Shown one piece after another: positions 27,180 through 39,332 of a stretch of DNA of 64,000 nucleotides. A program made the translations under genes and the position numbers. Each line of letters starts with the position of its first letter. Positions within the stretch are counted from its first letter, which is position 1. The stretch is from Utricularia gibba. Its lineage: Eukaryota; Plantae; Magnoliophyta. The notes beneath the pieces were generated by a model, which searched no databases, was not told where the DNA came from, and saw nothing but the letters and a program-made list of their open reading frames with translations. Where the stretch lies: contig CM007991.1 in the NCBI GenBank assembly GCA_002189035.1, forward strand, positions 3,038,001 through 3,102,000. The letters run 5' to 3'.

Positions 27180-27609
27180 GATCACGAATTCTGGCTACAT
27201 CTCTTGCAATCCCACACAAAAACTTCCAAATTCTTCTTTTTTTCCCCTTTGGTGGTCGGTACTACCACACTGCACTCCTCGCCTTGGAACAGCGATTGGT
27301 GCGAATCCCGATATAAATTAGGGTTCAGGTGGGAGACCTAGCCAAGGTTCAGGGAACAAAGACGAGTAACCTGCGGCGGCTTCCTGTTTCTCCCCAACTC
27401 ACCCTCGCTAACCATCTTGTTTGCATTTGCTGCTTGATACAAATGCTCCAAACTTCCGAGAAAAAATCCCACCAAACATTTCTGATTTTTTTAATAACCG
27501 TAAATAATTTATATTTTCGTATAAACATTTTAATATTAATTTCCAATACACATTTTTAGTAATGCAATTACAATAAAACCCTTGGCAGCCATTGACTCCG
27601 AGCTTGTTC

Positions 27610-30436
27610 TCATGCCATGTGCGTCTCAAGGGACGACTTCGCAAGCCATAGCAGGCCTGGGTCGTCTCTCTTCAGAATCAAGAAAGCATCAGCATTTCCC
27701 CCTTCATCAACGATGACGTCTTCAAGAAAGCCCACCAATGACAGAATCTTCACAGCCTCTGCAAACAAACAACAAAATCAGAAGCTCTGTTGAGGCAGCT
27801 CTGCAGTGGATGCTCCCGTGAACGCAAGGAAAATGGAGCCAGGAGGAAGAAAAGAAGCAAGGGGAGGAGAACAGGATTTATGGTTACATCCCAGTTACCT
27901 TTATAAGCAATGATGTTCCTCTGAATCGTGGGGTTACCCTGCAACCAGGAGAACATGTCAAATGGGGTCATTATGGAAGGCGAAGTTAAAGAGAGTTGCA
28001 TCGGGGGTACATACCTTTCTTAACCTTTTGTATTTCATGTCATTTGGGTTCTCGACCACATTCCTGCATGCAAAAGAAGGAAGGTCAAGGTCTTCCCAGA
28101 ACGGAGTACATGGACAACACCAATGATTGAACTGGTATGAGTCTGCAGGATAGGCATTACCGTATTATCTTGATTAAAGTCTGCAGGATCATTTGTGCTT
28201 CTGAAGGTATGAGTTCATCTTTCAGTGTCTGAATTGAGCTTTGAAGACGGCGACAGACTAATGAAACTGGATCTTGGATTATCTCGAGCTCCGGAGTGGA
28301 TTGAGCTGGCTCAAAAGGCTTGCTACTCAGCATCGCCTGAGAAGAATCGAGCTCCATCGCTTCCGCATGAAAACCAACAGTTCTGGATTCTGAAACTGAA
28401 GAATCCACCTGACACGATGGCTCCTGATTTTGATCAGGCTCCACCATGTTTTGGGGTTGTCCTCGAGTATTATGGCTTTCTAATTCCTGCACAGTAAGTA
28501 TAAATTTCATAACTTGGTACTTGCATTGAACTGAAATAAATTCCCAGCGATGAAGGTGAAAGTATCCTTATACATTTTCAGCTGCAATTGTGATCTTGTC
28601 ATCAGAAATGTCTCCTTGTAAACCCAAATAAGGCTCAACTGCCGTACATTCGTTCCCTTGATCGCCAAGGAGTTCAGGCTCGGCCAGATGTCCATAGCTG
28701 GATGTAGAAAGGCTTGGAACAGTATCGGGTACCTGCAAACCAACCCAATCAATTTGGCAATGTAACAAATCAGGTTCCGGCAAACAATGAACAATTAACA
28801 CCCATGAAAACTTTCACCAACCTCAGAAGATCTTAACTCCGGCAAAGATGTGTTTGCTAAACGTTGAAGAGCTGCACTTGCAGAGGCAGCACGGGCATCA
28901 GGAGGATTGGATATCTGTCCGCCCAGCTTTTGTGAGGGAATCACGGCACTAGTAATGTCCATCTCCTCTTCATGACTTTCAGCAAGGCTAAGCCTACTCA
29001 AAGTGTGGGATCTTGATTTGGTCCAATCAAGAGATGTGGCTTCTCTGTTAAGCTAAAACGTAGTGTTTGAAAGTCATGTCAGTACCACCAAAGGCATTCA
29101 CAAAATATATCACTCAAGAACACAAACAAATTTGGGCCTCGAAGAAGTAGAAAGAAGGCATCCATTTATACCTTTTTATCAAGAGCATAAAAATTCTGAT
29201 CATGTTCCGAATGCACCATGTGTGCCTAAATGAAACAATGCAGTCTTCAGTCGTTTGTAAGGATAAAGGGCAGTTTGAATCTTCATTAAGCTCTGGTAAA
29301 TTAATATAGTATTCACATACAAGCTCATGCAGAAGAGTCTTTTTGATGCTCTCATATTTTCTAAAGCCCTTCAAATCATCTGTCCGAAGCCTCAGTGATA
29401 TCTCTTCTCCATGATTCTACACATTTTTCCACCCAAAGAAAGGCTTGAGAGGGATACTCATAAATCAAACCAACTAAAGAACCATAATGAGTTTGAGCAG
29501 AAAACTCAAGGCTACAGTATGTCAAAAGAAAAAACAAACCATGCGCCGCCAATACCTTATTGAAGCCAAGGATGCACTTGGGACTCACGCCAACATAACC
29601 AACCGGTGCCATTTCAGTCAAGATTCCGACACGCCACCGATACTTTAAGAAACCCACCAAGCCATAGTTTTTAGAAGCTGATAGCGAGAAAATAGAAAAG
29701 GAGAATACAGCTGCATGCAGGGTACCTTATTCATAATGGCAACGATTCCTGGATCCGATGCAAGCTTGTGCAATAATTCCAGAGCCTTGGATGCAGGAGG
29801 ACTCAACTGACAACAGGAGCACGGATCCAAAATATGACAATCAATGATCCCAGACAAATAAGTCATGGAATGTGTAATTTTAGGTACACAAATTATGAAT
29901 ACTACCTCAATCCCGGGAAGACTAAGAGTCCGGAAGTCACAAAAAATGTAATTTCCAGTCGGAAGTTTAACTGGAGCACGTGACAGGTAAGAACTTCTCT
30001 GCTTCAATCTTATCTCTTCTTCCTCAAACCCAGCTATCCTGTTGTCTACATTTGCATTCCGTGTGACTTCTTCCAACTCCTCCTCAGGAACTCCCAGCAT
30101 TTTGATTGGTTTTTCCTGAAAAAACCTTCATTTAGCAATTAGGAGTACGTTTTTGAATGAAGAAACTTGGCTTGAAAGATGTGAGGAAGGAAATACCACC
30201 TTAAGAACCAACATCTCATCCACACTTAAGCTGGCATGCTCATCAGAGAATGGATATAGCAGTTTTGAACTTTTCTCCGTAGGCACGAGAAGCCTAATAG
30301 TCTCAGCCTTAGCATTCGTTAACTCTTGCAACTTTATGCCCAAATCTTTAAGAGTGGCACCAAAGTCCATCTCTATGAGAAAATTATGTCCCCGCCATGA
30401 AACCAACATGCTGCCACAACCCTGCGCCCACTCCAA
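27610..30436 (-). CDS. WSS1B: Ubiquitin-like + WLM zinc metalloprotease + PUB domain protein (WSS1B-like); exact start codon uncertain (ATG at 30409 or an upstream exon)
   Basis: N-terminal UBL (VSWRGHNFLIEM...), WLM core with LLHEL|AHMVH (HExxH split by an intron), and C-terminal PUB domain (NVVENPNDMKYKRLRK...LWLAKSSLE). Confidence 0.82.
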
Positions 30437-31283
30437 AAACGATCAAAACCATCGGTATCCGAAGCGTAATAAAACCAACCAAATGTTTATAATAAACAAA
30501 CTAAACGATCGAATCAATCCACAAAACATCCTGTTATAGCCAAATCAAATTCTCATAGACTATAAATGGTAAGGAATCAGCAGCCCATAGAACCATAAAA
30601 AAAGATCACTAATGCAAAAACACGTCCAAAGACTCGAATCAGAGAATTCAACTGTCGCCCCAACAATCCGCCAATAATAAAAGTAGTAAGAGAACCCATC
30701 AACGCGTAACCTCCGGAAACCCAAAAATTAAAGCCTGAACATGATCTAAACGTAAGAAAAAAAGAACACAGCCCACAAAAGAGAGAGATGACAAATATCG
30801 CCCACTAACCTGTAAACAAAATGCGCACAGGGCAAATCAACAAATAACAAGAAGAACAGCTTGCGATCAGCAGTGTTCTCTGATTCCTTTGACATATATA
30901 TAACAATTGAATTGGGAGGCCAGCCAAAGGAAGAAAAAAGGTTAGAAAAATAGGGGAAAAGACAAACAAACAAAGCAGCACGTCACTGGTGACGTCAGTA
31001 CATTCAGTCACAGCTCGAGGGTCCAGAAGATTCTGGAATTTCCATCAAATTAGGGCTTTTTATTATAGGTAAAAAATAATTATTTTTCCAAACTGAAATG
31101 TAAAGGTCTGTTTGGTGCAATTTTAACTTGGTTTTATATATTTTTTAAATAAAATAAATACCCGAAAGTGAAAAAAAATGAACAAAGAGGCCCCTCCCAA
31201 TAAAAACAAAACCACTGTCTTTAGAGAATGAAGCGTTGGCCAGGGCGGCTCAGCTCAATCCTCAACGTAACTAAGGTGTATAG

Positions 31284-32874
31284 TCATCCATTCTCCCAGC
31301 TCCGGTCAGTCAGAGTCGTTCTGGTTAGAAGCTGCAGAGGAATCGGGAAAGGAATCACTCCGGTCAGGGGACTTTCCCCCTTCGGAGGCTCATCGTCGCC
31401 GCTGCCTGTTGAAGCCTTGTTCAAGTCCGATGTGTCAGCAGCTTCAGGAGGTTCGGAGGAGGGGGTAGTGGAGGGTTCACGTCCCTGCCATGGATACAAT
31501 TTACAGCATTGCTTTAAGACATCGGGAGGGTGATCAACATGGGGGAGATGAAGGAGCTTACAGGCCCTGAGGAAAGACCAGGCGATGCAACAGGAACTGA
31601 AGATGGCTGCCGCATCCTCCCTACTGGGTGGTCATACCTGCAGTTTGATCCATATTTACAGGTCCCATGGGAGATGAAGTATCGACATTCTTGTTTGTCC
31701 GGTCGTTGAGGAAGATCATTTGAGGATATGTTTCCATCAGAAGCTTGCGCAGTAACGATGTGAGAAGCAGGGGAAGGCCAGAGATTTCCCTGTTGATCGA
31801 TCACGAGTTTGTATATTACTCAAGTATAATGATCAGACTGCAACTAATGAAAGAGCATTTTGATGGAGCATACCATATACAGGCCCCATTCTTGGGATGG
31901 ATAGATAAAGGCAGAGGGGTAACTGTGCCACTGATGAAGGGAAGTACAAGTTAAGGGTACAGGGAAGAGAATGGGAGCTGAAAGGGGCTGAGGGTGATGG
32001 AATTTGCAAGCATATCCATATCGACACACGCCCGTCTGCATATAAAAAGGACAGGGCTTTGCATCCTGAAAAGAAACCACCAGAAGTTGTTGCATATCAA
32101 ACACCATTTGGGATCAATTTAAGAAATGGGGTGGATAGACAAGCCAGACTGAAGCAAAGAACCTGACGCATTGGTAAGCCCAAAGTGTTCATCCATACAC
32201 CAGGCTGCTTGTCCTTGGGGTGATTAAATTTACAACCAGCTCCATATTTGCACGTACCAGTCTTCAAATAATACTTCAATACAACAGAAAACAATCAAGG
32301 GAGGAAGTTCAGGTTGTAAGCTTCGGAAGAAACCTGGACAGCATTAACCAAAGTTACAATAAATTACATCACAGTCTGGTTCTCCAGCTCTTTCTGGGAA
32401 CTCAAGAGTGTAGGCAATGCCATGATCCTGTAACCCATCAAGCAAACAAAAAGAAAAAACAATAAAAAAATACATCCTGCAAACTCTAAAAAGCGCAACA
32501 AATTGAGTTATCGCTGTTTACATATACTGTGCCAGATGGATGATTGAAACGACAATTCTTTCCATAAGCACAAGTTCCCGTTCTCAAAAAGTATCTGCAA
32601 TCGGATTCCCTGGGCGTCCCGGATACATACCCGACACATATGTAAATTGACTTCCGTCAACGGTGTCGTTGGTACTCGATCGTCCCATTGCTCCTGCAAA
32701 TTCCGTCGAGAAGTTAACTATGATCCATCGGAAAACAGAAGGAACAGACACGAAGACAAACAACGGGTCCCTCTGAAGAAAACACACGGCAACAAAAATT
32801 GCAAATCCCATTAAACAAAAGGGGAATGATAGTTCCTCACCCCCAACTCCTCCTGGAGTCTGACTATCATCCAT
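31284..32874 (-). CDS. Tandem CCCH (C-x8-C-x5-C-x3-H) zinc-finger protein, ZFN/HUA1-like family; frameshift at 32608-32610
   Basis: Four intact fingers: [20 protein letters not shown] (after +1 G), [40 protein letters not shown] and [20 protein letters not shown]. Confidence 0.85.
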
Positions 32875-33570
32875 CGCCGTCCGTCCGTCCGTCCGATTCA
32901 CCGGTTTCGAAAAGGAAAGAAGAAAAAAGCAGCCAAACTGCTTCGGAAGCGACAGCGATGGTACGAGACGTCCTTCCGGAACACAGGGAAGAGACAGGGG
33001 CGAATGATCGTCAATCTACGTCGATTTCAACCGCGAAGAATACGTAGAAGAATCCCCACAACCGAGACTTTATACCCCTCCGGCTCCCCCGCGGTCCTTT
33101 CCTCTGATCTTCCAACAAGGTACGCTGAAGCAGCAGCGAAACTTCCCGTCCAAGGAAGGACACACCAATACCAGACTTCGAAATTCAGGAATATTTTTTT
33201 TCAATTCAATTCACTCCTGTTGCCTCACTTAATGCAAAAAAAAAAAAAAAAGTGTTTCTGTCCTCTTTTTTTCTTTTTTTAATTTTATTTTCCGCATTTT
33301 ACGTAAATTCCTACATATAATTGACACAATTAATCAAACAAGTAATTCGTATATTTTCCATATTTTATATCAACAAAATATTATATTCTTATTACACATT
33401 TTAATAATATAATTTTTTTAATATCATAAATTCAACTACATAATTAAATTGGGGAATAAATTCAATTCGTTTTTATTGATTACATATATTATAAAAAAAG
33501 ATTCAAAATTGAAAAATAGAAATGAGAAGAGAGAGAAAAAGAGAGGGACCATTTGGGCAGTACGAGGATC

Positions 33571-33594
33571 GGGGGGGGGGGGGGGGGGGGGGGG
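33571..33594 (+). repeat. G24 mononucleotide run
   Basis: 24 consecutive G directly visible. Confidence 0.9.
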
Positions 33595-34109
33595 CGGGTA
33601 GGTGCACCAGACCGGACAAGGGCTGCTCCTACTCTATCTAGGCCTGGGCTGCTCCCCCATCCCTCAACATGAATCCAATCTTTTCTACAGATCAGCTTCA
33701 ATTCTGTTCTTCCTTTTTTGCCACCAACAGCCAGAGGGCTGGCTGTGGCTGATTCTATCTCAAGTTCACAAAGAGGAATCCCAACACTTCATGTATATGC
33801 TATTGGAGTATGTGGATTGTAAGAGATGAAGAGATTACAAGTGAAAGAAAGAGTCTTATCTATACACTCCATGCAGCATTAGTGTCTGTTATGTCTTCTG
33901 ACGTCTGGCATCAGAAACGTTGCTGCTGCGTTGCAATGCACTGGAACTTTACATCCTGCATGTTCATGTTCATGTTCATTCACGGGAGCCTCAGGAGGTG
34001 TTGATGAAGCACTGGCGCCTCCAGGCTGCAACAGAAGATGAAACCAGTCAGTCGCATTTGGGGTCACCTCTGTGCATGCACGCAGAGGCAGGGTGATGGT
34101 GTTTGGTTT

Positions 34110-36741
34110 TTACTGCTGCCGGAGATTCGGTGCCCCAGGAGTTGTTTTTAAGCATCTGCGGTTGAGCTTCAACATGTGATTGTAGATGCTGGGAGAAGCA
34201 GAGAGTTGTATGGGGTGGTGTAAGAAGAGATACACAGAGACATGGGAAGCAGAGAGGGTAAGTGTGGAAGTACCTCAGGCGGTGTCTATTGCAGGCTGTG
34301 AAGAAATCTACCACGCCATTCAGAATACTTCGCAGAGCTCGAAATACCTGAGAAATGGGTGAGTCTTGTTGAAGGACTAGCCGCAGGGGAATCATGAGTT
34401 ATGAGTTGTGTACCTGGGAGAAAAGATCATTCCAAAGAGAACGCAAAACCGAAACCTCATACGATACAACAGCTGACTCAACTTCTCTAGTGAAATTGAA
34501 GAAGCTGCTCAAAAACTGCCACAGATCTCTGACCAGCCAATACATAAACGTGCAAAGGGATACCACGAGGTTGAAAATTTTCTGGACCAGACGAAATGGA
34601 GCATGCAGAATTTCTTTGAGAATCCAAAATATAGGGCAGAGAAAAGATGTTGCTGCAATGAGAAACATATTGAAAAGGTAAGTACCATCCACATTTGAGA
34701 ACCTGGATTCAAAACTATGGATTTGAAACCAACCTGCCAGTTTTCCCAAATTCCACACTAACACCAAAGTATACCAAAGTGGGAGCAGCAAGATCTCTAT
34801 AAGCTCTCCAACTATGGAAAAAGAAGACTCGATAACCATCCATGTTATTGAAAAGAAACTCCCTGATATTTGCCAAAAAAAATTCCAGACTGGAGAGAAG
34901 AATTCCAATAGCTCTATGACAGGTAGCACCATGGGCTTTCCAACATATAAAACAACAGACTGTACACTCCGGGTCACTGTAAGGAGACATTTAATGGCCT
35001 TCTGAGAGTTATGCAGAAACAACATAGTTCCTAAATACTTAATTCTTGATATCATTTCTATTGCTTCAATCCAGTCAAAGAAAGGCCCAAATAACCTGGA
35101 TGCAGTAGCCTTAAGAAGAGGAACATTTTTGTACAGATCATAAAATCCAATGAGAACAGTAGCAACTGATATAAGCACATAGAGAATTCTTGCAAGAGGG
35201 CACATCCATGGACGATAAACACGGGAAAATACAGGGTACGATTGAAGGAAAATAACCCAAGATGGAAGTCCAGCTTCAAGCAGGGTGAGTAATCTTAGAT
35301 CAGCCATGATTATGTCCCTAAGTTTAAATGGAAGATCATGATCATTAAACCGAAACAGTATCAAAATATCCTTGTATACAGTTGGCTCATTTGTTTCTTC
35401 ACTATCACTTGGATCATGGGCCTCATGGAACGTCCGCACAGTATCAGAATCCTCTTCTGTAGAAAATCCAGGTTCAACATATGAGCGAATTGACTTCATA
35501 ATTTTCCTTCTTTTGTTCGAACCACATGCAGGAGGATGACTTAGTTGTCTGTGACTCATCGTTTCCGAGGATGATGGATAGCTGCAGAAACTACTACTCA
35601 GTGAGTCAGGTGATGAATCTCTAGCATTTATCCCATTCATAACACTTTCTTGTCTTCCTGGGAAGCGTTCCTCAGCATCATAGAAAATCTCCCCTGTGAT
35701 AAACACTAAGTTGTTAATAATGACCGAGCTAAGGCTCCAACAGAAATTGAGATGGAGATGTAACACGGACAAGAAATGGACAAAGTAACCTACAAATATA
35801 TAATAAAGCTGAGACTGATTGAAGTACCAATGCAATCGTTCAAATGACGTCCCAAGAGAGTCTGTTCATCGGATGTTCCTGGGAACCATGACAACATTGA
35901 ACCCATAGCGTGTGCAATGCTGTCGAATTCCCACCTTCTCATGACCTTAGTTTCAATGGCAAGATAGGTATCGGTCTGTGGAGTGCATAGTGCCAACAGA
36001 AAGAAATAAAGTCAGGAGAAGGGATTCAAAAGTGCAAGGTTTAACTGATTTCCTTGACGGAAATCACCTGGAGCTCATTCAGATAATTCATGCCACGTAC
36101 ATGTCCCATGCAACCTCAAACACAATAAATCCAAACAACGTTCTGTGCAACTTGCTGTTCGCGATCAACGAATTTCTAAGCTCCTTTACAGGTAGCATTG
36201 CCCTCTTCCTGGATATTTTCATAGCATCAATTAAAGTGAACCACCTTTTAAAGTTGCTAAATTTGCTGAAGTTCGATGATGCAGAAGCCTGCGACTCTGC
36301 CAATTCAGCCATCATCATCTTTTTTGTCTTCCTCCCTCGTGTGTTCGCGAAGGGAGATGATCTGGACTGTACCATTTTTCAGATTTAGTGTTTCCGGATT
36401 ACCATGCTGTAGCCAGAAACTATAGAAAATCACATAACAGGGAGATGTTGTAACCTTCGTGACCATGAGCTGCCACAAATGTGTAGGCCGTGATGCAAGA
36501 TCTTCTAACCATGGCCGATTGTCCACCAAGAAATACACTTTTCCACTTTCAACCGCCGTAAATAGGTACAGATGTGAGAGATACGATTGCAAATCCTGTG
36601 CCATCCGATCAAGATAAATTCATTGCGTATCCAAATCACAATTAACGCACATCTCAAGAGATTAGATTCATAAAAGAAGGATTACCCAATCTGTAAGCTT
36701 GTTAAGGGGAAAAGGCAACGGTTATTTCGGCTTTCCGCCAT
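34110..36741 (-). CDS. Conserved uncharacterised plant protein with a hydrophobic C-terminal half; frameshift at about 36105-36107
   Basis: Spliced exons give MAESRNNRCLFPLNKLTDW|DLQSYLSHL...LVDNRPWL...WQLMVTK|SRSSPFANTR...LFRFNDHDLPFKL...LRSLWNDLFSQ|VFRALRSIL...CNRHRLSIYNH, with GT-AG junctions. Confidence 0.75.
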
Positions 36742-37479
36742 TTGACTGACGAAAGAAACTTCCCGTCCAATTCTACGCCACCCAATTCCAAAAGCAATTC
36801 AAACCCTTAAGCACATCATCAAAAATATTGCAAAATTTCCAGCGTAAGATGGTGAGAAACCTGTCAACAGGTACCGACCAAAGGAAGAAAATTTACCTTG
36901 CAACCGAAGCTGATCAAAGGACTCCGACGACAATCCCGCACGAGAACAATCGTAACAACAACAAACACCACCGAACCTCATTAAAGAAAAGCTAAAAGCA
37001 GGACGAAAATCAGAACCCCACCAAGATTAATCCGAACCCGGGATCATCGCTCAGTTAAAAGCATCAGCGATACGTGCCGCTACACAAGAAAAAGCCATCC
37101 ACCATTCTAATGATGACGATCGGCTAAAAAAAATAGCCCCCGCCATTAATGCAGGGAAGGTCGTCGAATTTATTGCAGAGAAGAACAAATTGAGATCAGC
37201 AACAAGATAATCAATCTCCTCCAGGATAATGCCTTAGACAATCCAGAATCACACGCATCAACGACGAAGCAGAACCGAGGCGGTTATCGTCACCGGCAAA
37301 TCGAAAAAGGCCAGGCCTCCAAAGGCGCCACCGCTTTTGCTTGCGTGAGAGGAAGGGCATAATAGTAACTAAACCATATTGAAGCCAGCTATGCATTCGT
37401 CCAAGGAGAATAATTGGATGCCTACTAAAAAAGGATATTCCCACACCCGAGGCCAAGGATTTGTAACATTTGTTAGTTA

Positions 37480-38740
37480 TCCTGCAATTTATTTTTAATA
37501 AATTAAAGTTGAATATTAAAATTCGTTATGGAAGTTAAAGTCGCCTGGCCATCACAAAACAGAATCGAAATTAATTTCATTTCCAATATATAAAATAAAA
37601 TATGCTTCCAAATAATTATAAATAATTATGCAGGGATTATTAAAATACATCAAAATATAAAATTAATACTATACCCAAAAAAAATTACAATTTTAAAATT
37701 CGATATTTTCATATCGGTAAAAATTCTATTGAAATTAAAACCTTTTGTAATTAAAATGCATTATTATACCTCGTAAATCATAATATTAAATATGAATTGT
37801 TAGATCATCAAAATCTTAGTGTATAAGAACGGGCATTTGACGTTAATTATTCCCAATATTTGTAGAAATTGCAACAATGATTCCTTATGTTTTAATGTTA
37901 TTCATACTGTTTTAAAACACAGTGGTAAAATTAACTATCGCTTTTCGATACTGTGGAAAAATTGATTCCTACTGCTTAAAATACTAAGATTTTAGTTAAT
38001 AGGTTTATAAGATTATATAAATATAAATATAAATATCGGATTATAAATTATAAGATTTTTAGTTAATAGGTTTAAATAAACTCGAGATTATATGGTTTTT
38101 TTAATTCCATCTACGTGAGGTTATTTAAAATTATATCACTTCTTTAGTTTACTTAAAAACCAATTAATTTTATTTATAATTCTAATAACTAAATATTACT
38201 TAAAAAATTAATCTCAATAGATCAAAACTTAAATAAACTAAATTCATTTTGTCCCATTTCCATCAACCAAACACTACCTTAGTATTCAAAAATTTGGCAT
38301 AAATAATATTAGTTATTTGAATAATTGATATTGTTAGACTTTAAATTATTTAAAAATTTGCTAAAATTAATTATGTAAGATATATCAAATTTTGAAAATT
38401 AATAATTTAGATATATGAAATTTTGGGAATTAATTTTGTCAATAAAAATCAATGACGTAATTTATAGTTAAAAAAATAAGAATTAATGTTATCAAAATAT
38501 TAAAATTTGATGCAATTTTCTCATATAAAAACAACTAATAATACATAATTAATATCATCCCAATCAAAAGTAAAAAAATAAAATATTAATTTCAAATAAG
38601 GGATTGGATCAAACCGTAATTATAATTTATTTATAATTGTCCCCAAAATTGACTGAATTTCCTAGACTTACTAAATTGGGCCTTCACATGGACCGGTGAA
38701 ATAAATATATCAGGTATGAATTTTTTAATGAAAATAATAA
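37480..38740. other. Very AT-rich intergenic tract with a short direct repeat and a possible solo MITE terminus
   Basis: TAAGATTT(TT)TAGTTAATAGGTTTA occurs at about 37985 and 38051. CAACCAAACACTACC+TTA at 38264-38281 resembles a PIF/Harbinger MITE end; no partner TIR was found. Confidence 0.3.
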
Positions 38741-39332
38741 TAAAAAACCCCCCACTTTCTAAATTCCGGAAGGGGGGATATAAAGTATGATAAATGCGAA
38801 ATCACACATCATAAATGTGAAAAAATATGTGGCTAAATCGGAAATAGACAAAGTTTGAGGGGTCGAAAAGATAATGGTGGCGGGGGAACGGGTGGGTGGA
38901 AATGTAAATAGGTGCAACAAAAGGGGCAGATAATTTGGAAAACTTTCTCAACGGACTTTTGGTGAATTCAAAAACCCCATATCGCATTTTTTGCAGGGAC
39001 GTATCTGAAAAGTGCGTCCGGTGCAGTGTTTTTCCTCCCTTTTCTTCTTTTCGAGAAGCGCTGGTGCGTGAACTCAAGTGCTGTGCTCTACGCCTATATA
39101 TATATGTGTGTGTATGTGTATTCTGTTTTCCATGTGTGCACTTCAGAGTTTTGGGAGGGGGCATCTTTGTTCTCTCGCGCTCGCCTTTTAGATATTCTCT
39201 GGGCTACTGTAATATGTTCCAACTTTTTTTTTCTCCTCTGTCAGTTGTCGCTGCTCCTGCCTCACTTTGTTCTTGATTCTTCTCCTTCTTTTAGCTCGCG
39301 GGTCTGTGTAATCTCGGGAGTTTAGTCAAAAA

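Noticed and set aside
33804-33871. Imperfect hairpin TGGAGTATGTGGAT...ATCTATACACTCCA
   Set aside because: The stem is short with several G-U pairs and a bulge, and does not match any miRNA family I recognise.
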